From Alphaproteobacteria bacterium (GTDB taxonomy: Bacteria > Pseudomonadota > Alphaproteobacteria > SP197), in the NCBI GenBank assembly GCA_964291265.2, contig OZ219747.1, forward strand, positions 512,001-576,000: a stretch of DNA of 64,000 bases. The letters are read 5' to 3'. Within the stretch, counting starts at the first letter, position 1; every line of letters begins with the position of its first letter. The position numbers and the translations under genes are program-made. Shown in pieces: positions 1-10,667 of the stretch. The notes beneath the pieces were generated by a model. The model ran no database searches and was not told the origin of the DNA. It saw only the letters and a program-made list of their open reading frames with translations.

Positions 1-250
1 AGGCAGACGAATACGTTGTCGGGCAGTGGTTGCCGGGCAGTGCGCGGGAGTGCGCACGTCGCGTCGGTGGCAAGACCGCTTCTCGACCGGACCGGTTACA
101 CCCGGCACGACTTCTGCCACGACCTTCCCGAGGCCGTGGCTCCATCCTTCATCCGCAGTGACTCACCGCCCCGACGGGCGCCTGTTCCGACGCCTGTCGG
201 CCAATGAGCGTTGCGGATGGACTTAACTTGAGCTGCAAGGAGACGAAACG

Positions 251-2713
251 ATGACGACAGGCATAACGTGGGCCGGTACGTCCGGCGACGACACCAAAGT
301 CGGCGGCGACGGCGACGACACGCTGGTAGGCAACGCGGGCGACGACACGCTGAGTGGCGGCAAGGGCGCCGACACGTTGACGGGCGACGATGTGGATTTC
401 CTGGTCAGCGGCGACGACACGCTCAATGGCGGCGAGGGCGACGATACCCTCGACGGCGGCAACGGCGACGATACGCTCCATGGCGACGAGGGCGACGACA
501 CTCTGTATGGCGGCGACGGCAACGACACCCTCGACGGCGGCGTGGGAGGCGACCTGCTCTACGGCGGCAACGGCAACGATACGCTCCGTGGCAACGCGGG
601 CGACGACACGCTGAATGGCGGCACGGGCGACGACGCGCTGTATGGCGGCACGGGCGTCGACACCCTCATCGGCGGCGCGGGGGATGACACCCTCACCGGC
701 GGCGCGGGCGACGACTTTCTGTTCGGCGGCGACGGAGACGACACGTTCGTGTTCAGAGCCGGAGACGGCGACGACATCATAGGCGGGTTCCAGGACGGCG
801 ACATCATCAAGTTCGACGGCGTGGCCGGGGTGGGCCAGTTCAGCGACCTGACGGTGGAGGAAAAGGACGTTACCAACAGCGGGGGTGAAAAGACCGGCAC
901 CAAAGTCGTCATCACCTACGGGGCCAACGGGGACACGATCACGCTGAACGGCCTGGGCTTGGGGGATATCGGCTCGGCCGACTTCGCGTTTGCGGACACC
1001 TCGGGCAACTACGAGCTGACCGGCGGCGCGGGCGACGACACCCTCACCGGCGGCACCGGCAGTGACACCCTCACCGGCGGCGCCGGCGACGACACCCTCA
1101 CCGGCGGCGCCGGCGACGACACCCTCACCGGCGGCGCCGGCGACGACACATTCGTGTTCAGAGCCGGGGACGGCGACGACACGATCACCGATTTCCAGGA
1201 TGGCGACACGATCAAGTTCGACAGCGTGCCCGGGGTGGACGATTTCAACGATCTGACGGTGCATCAAGTTGGCGCCGATGTCGTCATCACCTACGGCGCC
1301 GGCGGGGACCGGGGAACGATCACGCTGACAGACGCAGACCTCGGGGATATCGGCACGACAGACTTTACGTTTGTCGCCGCCCCCGCTCCCCGCCCCGCCT
1401 CCAATCCCGTGCGCGAGATCCCGGGGAAGACGCTGACGGGCACCTCGGGCAACGACGAGCTGATTGGCGGCGAAGGCGCCGACACGATCAGTGGTGGCGA
1501 AGGCGATGACAAACTGGTGGGCAACGGAGGCGACGACACCCTTAATGGCGACGGTGGCGATGACACCCTCTATGGCAACGCGGGCAACGACAAGCTCTAT
1601 GGCGGCGACAACACTGGCAATGGCTGGGAGACTCTCTACGGCGGCGAGGGCGACGACACGCTGTATGGCCAGGCAGGTGACGACACGCTGTATGGCCAAG
1701 CCGGCGACGACACCCTGTATGGCGGCACGGGCGAGGACGCTCTTCACGGCGGCAACGGCGACGACACGCTCGATGGCGGCGCCGGCGACGACAGGCTATG
1801 GGGCAAAACCGGCAACGACACGTTCGTGTTTACGGGCGGGGACGGCGACGACACGATCATCGACTTCCAGGACGGCGACAAGATCAAGTTCGACGGCGTA
1901 CCCGGAGTGACCACGTACGATGACCTGAATGTCGCTGTCGACCTTACTGAAAACCAGACCGTCATCACCTACGGCACCGGAGAGAACCGGGGTACGATCA
2001 CGCTCACCGGCGTGGTTTCTGGCTTCGACGCGAATGATGTCGAGATTGTCTCCCCCGACGACCTTGTACGCACCACTACCCCAGTGTCGAAGACGGGCAC
2101 GTCGGCCGACGAAAAGCTCAATGGCGGCGATGGCAACGACACGCTCAACGGTGGCGGCGGCAATGACCGCGTGAGAGCGTTCAAGGGCGACGACACGATC
2201 AATGGCGGCACCGGCGACGACTGGCTGGCCGGGCTCAAGGGCGACGACACGATCAACGGCGATGCCGGCGACGACACGCTCCGCGGCGGCGCCGGCGATG
2301 ACATTCTGAACGGAGGCGCCGGCCACGACAGGCTCAATGGCGGCGCGGGCAATGACACCCTGACGGGCGGCGACGGCAATGACAAGCTGTTTGGCAGCGA
2401 CGGCAATGACACCCTGACGGGCGGCGTCGGCGACGACTGGCTCCAGGGTGGCGCCGGCAACGACACGCTGACCGGCGGGGCCGGCAACGACACCTTCCTC
2501 TACAACGGAAGGGGCGATGACACCATCTCGGACTTCGCTGCGGGGGACACCATCGCGTTGAGGAACATTGATGGGGTCACCGCGTTCAGCGACATCACCG
2601 TTGATTCCACGGAAGGCGGCTTCGAGATCACCTTCGGTGACAGCAGCGCCGACACCCTGACCGTCACGTCCAGCCTGCAGGAACTTGACGCCGAACACTT
2701 CGACTTCCTGTGA
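251..2713 (+). CDS. RTX-type (hemolysin-type) calcium-binding repeat protein, 820 aa, no catalytic domain evident
   Basis: Dozens of GGxGxDxLx nonapeptides in four blocks, each closed by a DTIxDFxDGDxI...VITYG..GTITL..DF module; AAGGAG RBS upstream; no N-terminal signal peptide. Confidence 0.92.
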   Translation: MTTGITWAGTSGDDTKVGGDGDDTLVGNAGDDTLSGGKGADTLTGDDVDFLVSGDDTLNGGEGDDTLDGGNGDDTLHGDEGDDTLYGGDGNDTLDGGVGGDLLYGGNGNDTLRGNAGDDTLNGGTGDDALYGGTGVDTLIGGAGDDTLTGGAGDDFLFGGDGDDTFVFRAGDGDDIIGGFQDGDIIKFDGVAGVGQFSDLTVEEKDVTNSGGEKTGTKVVITYGANGDTITLNGLGLGDIGSADFAFADTSGNYELTGGAGDDTLTGGTGSDTLTGGAGDDTLTGGAGDDTLTGGAGDDTFVFRAGDGDDTITDFQDGDTIKFDSVPGVDDFNDLTVHQVGADVVITYGAGGDRGTITLTDADLGDIGTTDFTFVAAPAPRPASNPVREIPGKTLTGTSGNDELIGGEGADTISGGEGDDKLVGNGGDDTLNGDGGDDTLYGNAGNDKLYGGDNTGNGWETLYGGEGDDTLYGQAGDDTLYGQAGDDTLYGGTGEDALHGGNGDDTLDGGAGDDRLWGKTGNDTFVFTGGDGDDTIIDFQDGDKIKFDGVPGVTTYDDLNVAVDLTENQTVITYGTGENRGTITLTGVVSGFDANDVEIVSPDDLVRTTTPVSKTGTSADEKLNGGDGNDTLNGGGGNDRVRAFKGDDTINGGTGDDWLAGLKGDDTINGDAGDDTLRGGAGDDILNGGAGHDRLNGGAGNDTLTGGDGNDKLFGSDGNDTLTGGVGDDWLQGGAGNDTLTGGAGNDTFLYNGRGDDTISDFAAGDTIALRNIDGVTAFSDITVDSTEGGFEITFGDSSADTLTVTSSLQELDAEHFDFL
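1019..1150 (+). repeat. About 5 near-identical 27-bp tandem repeats encoding TGGAGDDTL
   Basis: Unit accggcggcgccggcgacgacaccctc repeated with few substitutions. Confidence 0.85.
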
Positions 2714-2754
2714 TGCGTTTCGCGCGCAGGGCCGCCACCCGCGGCCCTGCGTTG

Positions 2755-2912
2755 CGTCCATGCGATCGAAGGCAAAGTTGCGTGCGCCCGAGGGGAAGAC
2801 GCGCAGGAGCAGGCTGGGGATGGTATCACTGTGGATGTCGGTCGTAGCGCTTCTCGCGCGGTCTGGCGACGCGAACGCACCGTGCGACGATGGACTTCGG
2901 ATTGTCGCCCAT
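2755..2912 (-). pseudogene. Tyrosine integrase N-terminal arm-binding domain remnant
   Basis: MGDNPKSIVARCVRVARPREKRYD, frameshift, DIHSDTIPSLLLRVFPSGARNFAFDRM resembles Arm-DNA-binding domains. Confidence 0.55.
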
Positions 2913-2944
2913 AGTTGGCGGCTCCTGTCTAACCCGAAGTTCCA

Positions 2945-3838
2945 GATGACCATGTCGCCTCGGCCCGGATCTCGAGCGGCGGCGCCCATGCAGCGGGCGT
3001 CGTCCCGGGGATCGAGGAAGACCTCGTCGTTGCCGACTCCGCTGACCGCGCCGCGCTCCGGGAAGCGTTCCGCACCCATGACGACATCGCCGCTGCCATC
3101 ATCGAACCGACAGGGGCCACGTTCGGCCGGCTTCCGGTCGACCCGGACTTCGTCCGGCTCTTGCGCGACGAGACGGAACGTCACGGAGCCCTCCTCATCC
3201 TCGACGAGGTGGTGACCGGATTCCGCGTGTCACCGGGAGGCGCCCAGGAGTCGCTCGGCATCACGCCCGATCTCACGGCCCTGGCAAAGATCCTGGCCGG
3301 CGGCTTTCCCGGCGGCGCGGTGGCCGGGCGCCGGGACGTCATGGAGATGCTCGATTTCGAGGCCACGCGACGGGATGGCCGCACCAAGGTCGACCACTTC
3401 GGCACCTTCAACGCCAATCCCGTTTCGGCCGCCGCAGGCATCGCCGCCCTGGACCAGATTGCCGACGGCGCCATGTGCGAGCGCGCCAGCGACACGGCGG
3501 CCGCGCTCCGGGACGGCATCAACCGCGTCGTCAGCGAGGCCGGCGTCTCCTGGGCCGCCTATGGAACCCACTCGTCCTTCCACATCTTTCTCAATCCCCG
3601 GCGCCTCGACGTGGCGCCGGGATCCTTCGACGGTTCCGGCGTGGCGCCCGATGATCTCCTGTACCTGCCGAAACCACTCGCCACCCGTTTCGATCTCGCC
3701 ATGATGCTGGGCGGCGTCACCATGGGCGGATCGCCCGGCGGATACGTGTCGGGCGTCATGGAGGGCGCCGATGTCGACGTGACGGTGGAAGCGGTCCGCG
3801 GTGCGATCCGCATGCTGCGGGCCGAGGACGCCCTGTGA
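2945..3838 (+). pseudogene. 5'-truncated class III aminotransferase (glutamate-1-semialdehyde aminomutase-like)
   Basis: Frame open from about 2933 with no proper start: IAAAIIEP, LILDEVVTGFR, PDLTALAKILAGGFPGGA (PLP lysine), GTFNANPVSAAAG; N-terminal portion missing. Confidence 0.8.
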
Positions 3839-3995
3839 ATCGGCCGCGCGCCATGGTCCCCTCGCGAATCGGCAGGGCGGACCTCTCGACGCTCATGGCG
3901 ACGGAACCACTGTGCGAATAGGGAGTTTCGCTGGCCTTCAGTTGCAAGGTGGAGAGGTGGTGCGCAAGGCGATGGGTTGACCGGCCCATCTCGTC

Positions 3996-5219
3996 CTATG
4001 CCGTATCCCGGATCGCTGTCGCGTAGATGGCGAGGTCCGATGGGCTCATCCGAAGCTGTCGCGCTGTCTCTTGCCAACCGTCTATTGCGGATGCGACTTC
4101 ATCGATGATTGCATTGGCCCGGATCAGGTCCAGCGCGAAATACGGTGTAGCGGCGCGGGCCAGATCCAGATCGGCGTTCGGCCCTTCTTCCGATATCCAG
4201 GTCGTCAGTTCGCGCGCCTTTTCGGTCAGCGGCACCGGGTTCAGGTCATAGGCCGGCGAGAGGCGCCACTTGTCGTCGTGGTCGTGCAGGAAGCCATGGT
4301 TGTGGAGGTGATCGTCGAGATTGCCGACCATCACATTGAAGACGGTCCGCCTCCACAGTTCATGCAGGTCTTCGGTGGGTGCGCTTGAATACATTCTGAT
4401 GATTTCTGCGATATCCGTGTAGGTCGCTTCGTCACCGTCGCTGAGGCCGAGTAGGGTCATGGCGGAAATGAACGGGATTCTCCGGTCTTGATCACGGTCG
4501 AATCGCGTGATCAGGGACACCGGTCGACCGGCCACGTCCAGCAGTGTTGCCCGAGCAACATCGATGCCAGCAGCGGCGGCGAGTGTCATCGCGAGGACTT
4601 CGCCATGCGGGATACTGCGATCATCATCGTTCTTCGGAAACTTGGCGATCGCCAGGCGACCGTCATTGTCGATGACGGCGGACTTGGGGCGGGCGCCGCC
4701 GAGCGGCGAACCCTCGTTCAGCAGGAGCTTCAGGTCTTCGGCGGTTTCGGAGTTGGACAATACCGCATCGGCGGCGTCAAGGAGCGCCGGTAGCCGGATC
4801 AGGGGAGGCACACGGTAGCGGCCGATGTTGTGGTCGAAGGTCTCTTCGCCTTCCCGGCGATACCGGAGCGCGCCGATCCTCGTCTGATCGTTGATGGCGA
4901 GGAGATAGTCGATCTCGGACAGGGTGCGCTGCTCGCCGGCTTTGCGAAAGGCGCGCCGAATCAGCTGTTGGCCCCAGCGATCCGGGGCGGTGTCGCGCAG
5001 CGCGCCAGGCAATGCGGACTTGTTGGAGGAAGTATATATCTGGCGGCGTTCCAACGGCAGGTTCTCCGGATCCAGGGCGAAAGCATCGGCGCAGCCGTGC
5101 CACGTGTCGGCGTACTCGAAGACCGAGCTTTGGCCGTGTCGCCTGGCGATGTAGTGGCACCGGCCGACGAGAGGAGTCTGACCCTTGTGGTCGACAAGAA
5201 CCTCGATCGTGTCGGTCAT
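3996..5219 (-). CDS. hipA: HipA-family kinase toxin with N-terminal coupling domain
   Basis: DTAPDRWG, GSPLGGARPK, IAKFP, ITRFDR, NLDDHLHNHGF, LSPAYDLNP motifs. Confidence 0.9.
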   Translation of the reverse strand: MTDTIEVLVDHKGQTPLVGRCHYIARRHGQSSVFEYADTWHGCADAFALDPENLPLERRQIYTSSNKSALPGALRDTAPDRWGQQLIRRAFRKAGEQRTLSEIDYLLAINDQTRIGALRYRREGEETFDHNIGRYRVPPLIRLPALLDAADAVLSNSETAEDLKLLLNEGSPLGGARPKSAVIDNDGRLAIAKFPKNDDDRSIPHGEVLAMTLAAAAGIDVARATLLDVAGRPVSLITRFDRDQDRRIPFISAMTLLGLSDGDEATYTDIAEIIRMYSSAPTEDLHELWRRTVFNVMVGNLDDHLHNHGFLHDHDDKWRLSPAYDLNPVPLTEKARELTTWISEEGPNADLDLARAATPYFALDLIRANAIIDEVASAIDGWQETARQLRMSPSDLAIYATAIRDTA

Positions 5220-5551
5220 GACTGTGACCGGGAGCGGCGCCGCGGTTGCACCTTGCTGGGCAATCGATGCTCGTCGATGTCCAGTCCGAGGGAATCGTCG
5301 CGTCGGTCGGCTGCCTGGGCAAGACGGTCGGCGAGCCCCAAGATGGCCAATACGGTCGCATAAATGCCGATCGAGACCGACGGGTCGCCGCGTTCAACCT
5401 TGTAGAGAGTGCCGCGGCTGATGAATACGCGCTCAGCCATCGAGACCGTCGAGATACGACGTTTCTTGCGGGCGACCACGATGTCCTTGCCCAGCTTGGC
5501 GAGGGCCTGTTTCGCTGCTCTGGGAAGCGCATGTGACGCTAGTGTTTTCAT
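5216..5551 (-). CDS. XRE-family HTH protein, HipB-like antitoxin
   Basis: ARKKRRISTVSMAERVFISRGTLYKVERGDPSVSIG helix-turn-helix; 4-nt overlap with hipA. Confidence 0.85.
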   Translation of the reverse strand: MKTLASHALPRAAKQALAKLGKDIVVARKKRRISTVSMAERVFISRGTLYKVERGDPSVSIGIYATVLAILGLADRLAQAADRRDDSLGLDIDEHRLPSKVQPRRRSRSQS

Positions 5552-5604
5552 CGTCTGTCTTATCTGGCAATGAATAGGGCACTCTGTTGTTCAATATATA
5601 AGAC

Positions 5605-5828
5605 ATGTGAGAGAGCAGTCAACAGACACCCCGTTGCGGTTCTCCATCAGCGCATGGCCCATGTAGCTGAGCTTCGCTTCCTTGTCCTTCCCCTTGCGGT
5701 AGAGCGGGCAATCGTCGTCCGTGGTCGAGCGGTGCGTCGCATTCGACCAGTGCGCGCCATGGAAGTCGCGGGCGGTATTGCGACCGCCGCCGCTGGCGCC
5801 AGCTCCGTCGCCATTCTCCCCATCGCAG
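5605..5828 (-). pseudogene. Internal fragment of an IS5/IS1182-type DDE transposase
   Basis: GRNTARDFHG..SNATHRSTTDDDCPLYRKGKDKEAKLSYMGHALMENRNG. Confidence 0.75.
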
Positions 5829-5960
5829 GTAACTGACCAGGTACCCCGCCAAGTCTGAGTCTGTGGTGACGTTGGTCGCGTTGGGTACGGTTTGGGCGTC
5901 TTGACTTGCTTGGTGTCCACCTCCCGTCAGGACTCGTCCAAATCAGACCTGGGCAGTTAC
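5829..5960. mobile_element. 132-bp MITE-like element with GTAAC terminal inverted repeats (IS66-like ends)
   Basis: GTAACTGACCAGGT (5829-5842) versus ACCTGGGCAGTTAC (5947-5960), 13/14 inverted match; no target duplication seen. Confidence 0.6.
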
Positions 5961-6147
5961 TGCATCCGGCAGAAGGAAAAGAGTTCCGCTTTCGGGATCG
6001 ACAGTCGAGGGTTCACGCCGGGCCTCGTCATCCGGCCATGTCGAATTCGGACGTCATTCTCCTGAACGGCGACCGGTTCCGTTCGTCAATATCCTTGTGG
6101 GGGCGGCGGTGTCCGCTCGGCCGGTTGCACGGGAAGGTTCGGCCTCA

Positions 6148-6543
6148 TCACTCGCTTTCGAGGCGTTCCATGTCGTCGTCCGACAACCCGAAGTGGTGGC
6201 CGATCTCGTGGATGATCGTGTTGTGCACGAGATCCTCGAGGGAGTCGTCTCCCTCGGCCCAGGCATCGAGAAGCGGACGCCGATAGAGGTAGATGCGGTT
6301 GAGGTCGTCCATCACGTCGTGGCCGGAGGCCTGGTCGAGGGAGATTCCCTGGTAGAGTCCCAGAAGACCGAATTCGTTGTCGATTCCAAGGGAGTCCAGG
6401 ACATCGGCCTCGGGGAACTCGGTGACGAGAATGGCGATGCCTTCGATGCGGGCCTTCAGGTTCCCGGGGATCATGGCAATCGCCTCACCGGCAATCGCCG
6501 CAATCTCCTCGGCGTCGGGTGGTGGGCCGAAACGTCGCGTCAT
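6148..6543 (-). CDS. Zincin-like metallopeptidase (DUF1025/Zincin_1)
   Basis: LLGLYQG, RIYLYRRPL, HEIGHHFGLSDDDM (HExxH); start re-set to MTRRFGPPP. Confidence 0.88.
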   Translation of the reverse strand: MTRRFGPPPDAEEIAAIAGEAIAMIPGNLKARIEGIAILVTEFPEADVLDSLGIDNEFGLLGLYQGISLDQASGHDVMDDLNRIYLYRRPLLDAWAEGDDSLEDLVHNTIIHEIGHHFGLSDDDMERLESE

Positions 6544-6621
6544 GGAACCCGGACCATAGCCGCTCTTGCCGAGGCGGCCAACTCGCCGGACAATCCGTTT
6601 CGCAAGATGAGGACACGTTCG

Positions 6622-6933
6622 ATGGCAGACACACTTTCTCAGGCAGCGCTCCGCGAGGCGCTCGCCTCCCTGGAGGACTGGACCATGTCCGCAGGCGGGA
6701 ACGCGCTGCAAAGGACCTACCGCTTCAGTGATTTCATGGCGGCCTTCGGCTTCATGGGTCGCGTCGCCGTCTACGCCGATGTCGTCGATCACCATCCCGA
6801 GTGGTTCAATGTCTACAACCGGGTCGACGTCACCCTGACGAGCCACGATGCCGGTGGCGTCACGCGCCGCGACATCGAGATGGCTCGCTTCATGGACCGC
6901 GCGGCCAGCAAGTCGGGAGCGCTCGTCAGTTGA
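6622..6933 (+). CDS. phhB: Pterin-4a-carbinolamine dehydratase
   Basis: FSDFMAAFGFM, DHHPEWFNVYNRVDVTLTSHDAGGVT. Confidence 0.92.
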   Translation: MADTLSQAALREALASLEDWTMSAGGNALQRTYRFSDFMAAFGFMGRVAVYADVVDHHPEWFNVYNRVDVTLTSHDAGGVTRRDIEMARFMDRAASKSGALVS

Positions 6934-8885
6934 TCAACGACATTCTCTGGTCCCCCAGCGCGGAGCGCCGGGAGGCGACGGCCCTCGTGCAGTTCCGGCG
7001 CCTGGCCGAACAGGCAAGCGGGCGGACGTTCCCGGACTACGAGTCGCTGTGGCGCTGGTCCATCGACGATCGGGCGTCCTTCTGGTCGCTCGTCTGGAAC
7101 TTCGCCGGCGTCAGGGCCTCCCGGACATGGGAGACGGTCCTCGACAACGGCGATGCCATGCCCGGAGCCCGCTGGTTCACCGGGGCCCGCCTCAACTATG
7201 CCGAGAACCTGCTTCGCAAACGTGACGACTCCATGGCCATCGTGTGCCGTGGAGAGGGTGATCGCAGGCGCGCCTTGACCTTCCGCGAACTCCATGACGC
7301 CGTCGCCGCCATGAGCGCCTGGCTTGCCGGTCGCGGAGTTCGCCGTGGCGATCGTGTCGCAGGATATCTCCCCAATCTGCCCGAGACGATTGTCGCCAAG
7401 CTGGCGACGGCCAGTCTGGGCGCGGTGTGGTCGTCCTCGTCACCGGATTTCGGCACCAGGGGCGTCCTCGACCGCTTCGGCCAGATCGACCCGAAGGTGC
7501 TGATCACCGCCGATGGCTATTCCTACGGCGGCCGCCATTTCGACAGCAGGGTGAGGGTGGCGGAGATTCTGCAAGCCATGCCCGGCATCGGGCATGTCGT
7601 CGTCGTTCCCTGGCTGGAACAGGCCTGCGACATGGGGGGGCTGCGGGATGCCGTGACCTGGCAGGAGGTGATGACAACAACCCACGACGGCATCGCCTTC
7701 GAGCAGGTGCCCTTCGATCACCCTCTTGCCATCCTCTATTCCTCGGGCACCACGGGTGCGCCCAAGTGCATCGTCCACGGCCACGGAGGCACCCTCCTCC
7801 AGCATCTCAAGGAACATCGGCTGCATTGCGACATCGGCGACGGAGACCGGCTGTTCTACTTCTCGACCTGCGGCTGGATGATGTGGAACTGGCAGGTAAG
7901 CGCCCTGGCAACGGGGGCCACCCTGGCGATCTACGATGGCCATCCGGCGTCGCCGGACGGCAACGTTCTGTGGGACTTCTGCCAGGATGAGAGGTTCACC
8001 GCATTCGGCGCCTCGGCAAAGTACTTCGCGGCCATCGAGAAGGAGGGAATCCGGCCGGCCCTCCGCCACGGTCTCGAGGATCTCCGTCTCGTTCTCTCCA
8101 CGGGCTCACCCCTGGCGCCAGGGAGCTTCGACTACATCTATCGCGACGTGAAGGCGGATGTTCAGCTGGCGTCGATCTCCGGCGGAACGGACATCATCTC
8201 CTGCTTCGTTCTCGGCAACCCCGTGGACCCCGTGCGCCGCGGGGAAATCCAGGCGCGCGGTCTCGGCATGGCGGTCGACATCTTCGATGACCGCGGCAAC
8301 AGCCTGCCCGCCGGCCAGGCGGGCGAACTCGTGTGCACGCGGCCGTTCCCTTCCATGCCGGTGGGATTCTGGAACGACGACGACGGCAACCTCTACCACC
8401 AGGCCTATTTCGACACCTTCGACAATGTCTGGCGGCACGGTGACTGGGCCGAGATCACGATGTCCGGCGGCGCCGTCATTCACGGACGTTCCGACACCGT
8501 GCTCAATCCCGGCGGCGTGCGCATCGGCACGGCCGAGATCTACCGCCAAGTGGACGTCTTCGAGGAAATCCAGGAGAGCCTCGCCGTCGGCCAGGATGTC
8601 GCCGGCGATGTCCGCATCATTCTCTTCGTGGTCATGCAACCGGGCCAGGAACTCGACGAAGACCTCGTCTCCAGGATCCGCCAGCGAATCCGTACCCACG
8701 CCTCTCCCCGCCACACGCCGGCACGGATCATCGCGGTGGCCGACATCCCGCGCACCCGGTCCAACAAGATCAGCGAACTCGCCGTGCGTCACGTCATTCA
8801 TGGCCGACCGGTGAGCAACACCGAGGCCCTTGCCAATCCCGAATCCCTGGGCCTCTTCGAGAACCTGGAAGCCCTGCAGGACTGA
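6930..8885 (+). CDS. Acetoacetate--CoA ligase
   Basis: ARWFTGARLNYAENLL, SPDFG, YSSGTTGAPKCIVHG, ISGGTDI, GRSDTVLNPGGVRIG; TTG start overlapping phhB stop. Confidence 0.92.
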   Translation: MINDILWSPSAERREATALVQFRRLAEQASGRTFPDYESLWRWSIDDRASFWSLVWNFAGVRASRTWETVLDNGDAMPGARWFTGARLNYAENLLRKRDDSMAIVCRGEGDRRRALTFRELHDAVAAMSAWLAGRGVRRGDRVAGYLPNLPETIVAKLATASLGAVWSSSSPDFGTRGVLDRFGQIDPKVLITADGYSYGGRHFDSRVRVAEILQAMPGIGHVVVVPWLEQACDMGGLRDAVTWQEVMTTTHDGIAFEQVPFDHPLAILYSSGTTGAPKCIVHGHGGTLLQHLKEHRLHCDIGDGDRLFYFSTCGWMMWNWQVSALATGATLAIYDGHPASPDGNVLWDFCQDERFTAFGASAKYFAAIEKEGIRPALRHGLEDLRLVLSTGSPLAPGSFDYIYRDVKADVQLASISGGTDIISCFVLGNPVDPVRRGEIQARGLGMAVDIFDDRGNSLPAGQAGELVCTRPFPSMPVGFWNDDDGNLYHQAYFDTFDNVWRHGDWAEITMSGGAVIHGRSDTVLNPGGVRIGTAEIYRQVDVFEEIQESLAVGQDVAGDVRIILFVVMQPGQELDEDLVSRIRQRIRTHASPRHTPARIIAVADIPRTRSNKISELAVRHVIHGRPVSNTEALANPESLGLFENLEALQD

Positions 8886-9029
8886 TGTCCGCCACACGTT
8901 GTCTTGCGAGATGTGACAGGGATGGGCGTAACCCTGCGGAACGTGGCCGGGGCGGGCGTGAATCGCCGGGACAATCTGTGCTATGGGTCTCGCATGGCGA
9001 CGACACCCACAACCACGACACGGGACGGA

Positions 9030-9560
9030 ATGGCTGTCATGAACCCGAGTTCGCGCATCTTCACGAGCCTTCTGCTGGTTCTCGCAATCCTCGTGCCGGG
9101 TCCGGAAGCCGGGGCCGAGGAGCCGAGATCTCTGGGAACCTTCCGGGACTGGTCGGCCTTCGGCTACAACGATGGCGACACGCTTGTCTGCTTCATCGCC
9201 AGCCAGCCGACGAAGGCGGAAGGCAACTACACCCAGCGTGGCGACATCTGGATACTCGTCACGCACCGTTCTCCGGCAGGCGAGAGGGATGTCGTCGAAG
9301 TCCGAACGGGCTACAACTACATGGAGAATGCGCCGGTCACGGTGACGATCGGGAACGAGATCTTCACCCTGTTCGGCGAGGGCGAGAGTGCCTGGGCATT
9401 CACCCGCCATGATGACCGGGACCTCGTGACCGCCATGAAGGCCGGTGTCCAGATGGTCATCGAGGGGCGCTCCTGGCGGGGCACCGTGACCACCGACACC
9501 TATTCGCTGCTGGGCTTCACGGCAGCCTATGAGGCCATCAGCCAGACCTGCGCCGAATGA
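9030..9560 (+). CDS. Invasion-associated locus B (IalB) family exported protein
   Basis: Signal peptide, [29 protein letters not shown]; usual position upstream of rlmN. Confidence 0.75.
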   Translation: MAVMNPSSRIFTSLLLVLAILVPGPEAGAEEPRSLGTFRDWSAFGYNDGDTLVCFIASQPTKAEGNYTQRGDIWILVTHRSPAGERDVVEVRTGYNYMENAPVTVTIGNEIFTLFGEGESAWAFTRHDDRDLVTAMKAGVQMVIEGRSWRGTVTTDTYSLLGFTAAYEAISQTCAE

Positions 9561-10660
9561 CAGGTGCACCGGGGAATCTCATCGGGCTGGACCGGAGCCA
9601 ACTCGCTGACATCGTGGACGGACTCGGTGAGGCCCCGTTCCGTGTCAAGCAGCTCTGGCATTGGATCTATTGCCGCGGGGTCACCGATTTTGCGGACATG
9701 ACGTCCCTGTCGGGGCCCTTGCGCGAGAGACTTGCGGCGTCCTTCCGTCTCGACCGGCCCGACGTGGTGCGCCACCAGAAGAGCGCGGACGGGACCATGA
9801 AATGGCTGCTCGGCATGGACCGGCGCCACCTCGTCGAGAGCGTCTACATTCCTCAGGACGACAGGGGAGCACTGTGCATGTCGTCCCAGGTCGGCTGCAC
9901 GCTGACCTGCAGGTTCTGCCACACCGGTACGCAGCGTCTCGTGCGCAACCTGGAACCCGGAGAAATCGTCGGCCAGTTCATGCTCGCCCGCGACGCGCTG
10001 GATGAGTGGCCGGCGCCGGTGGACGGCAGACGGCTGCTCTCCAACGTCGTCATGATGGGCATGGGAGAGCCGCTCTACAATTTCGACAGCGTCAAGACAG
10101 CCCTTTCCATCATCATGGATCCCGAGGGCATTGCCCTGTCGCGCCGGCGCATCACGCTGTCGACCGCGGGGGTGGTGCCGATGATGAAGCGATGCGGCGA
10201 GGAACTCGGAGTCGATCTCGCCGTCTCCCTGCATGCGGTCGACGACGATGTCCGCACCCGCCTCGTCCCCCTCAACAGGAAGTACCCGATCGGCGACCTG
10301 CTCGATGCCTGCCGCGCATACCCCGGAACCGGCAACGCGCGACGCATCACCTTCGAGTACGTCATGCTCAGGGATGTCAACGATTCGGATGCCGATGCCC
10401 GGGAACTGGTCCGCCTGCTCAAGGGAATCCCGGCCAAGGTCAACCTCATCCCGTTCAATGCCTGGCCCGGGGCCCCGTTCGAATGTTCCCCGGCCAGGCG
10501 GATCGCCTCCTTCGCCGAAATCGTCAACGACGGCGGCTACTCCGCTCCCGTCCGGCGTCCGCGCGGACGGGACATCATGGCCGCCTGCGGACAACTCCGG
10601 TCCGACACCGTCAAGATGGCCCGCAGCGCCATGACTTCCACCCCGCCCCCTGCTTCGTGA
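9557..10660 (+). CDS. rlmN: 23S rRNA/tRNA m2A methyltransferase RlmN (radical SAM)
   Basis: [43 protein letters not shown]. Confidence 0.96.
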   Translation: MTGAPGNLIGLDRSQLADIVDGLGEAPFRVKQLWHWIYCRGVTDFADMTSLSGPLRERLAASFRLDRPDVVRHQKSADGTMKWLLGMDRRHLVESVYIPQDDRGALCMSSQVGCTLTCRFCHTGTQRLVRNLEPGEIVGQFMLARDALDEWPAPVDGRRLLSNVVMMGMGEPLYNFDSVKTALSIIMDPEGIALSRRRITLSTAGVVPMMKRCGEELGVDLAVSLHAVDDDVRTRLVPLNRKYPIGDLLDACRAYPGTGNARRITFEYVMLRDVNDSDADARELVRLLKGIPAKVNLIPFNAWPGAPFECSPARRIASFAEIVNDGGYSAPVRRPRGRDIMAACGQLRSDTVKMARSAMTSTPPPAS

Positions 10661-10667
10661 GGAACCG

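Noticed and set aside
1019-1150. 27-bp repeats as a CRISPR array
   Set aside because: No spacers; they are in-frame RTX codon repeats, and there are no cas genes
149-3184. Long antisense ORFs opposite RTX and other genes (also 24667-26577, 27088-29001, 34752-36083, 52250-54109)
   Set aside because: Shadow ORFs expected from high-GC codon bias, with no recognisable motifs
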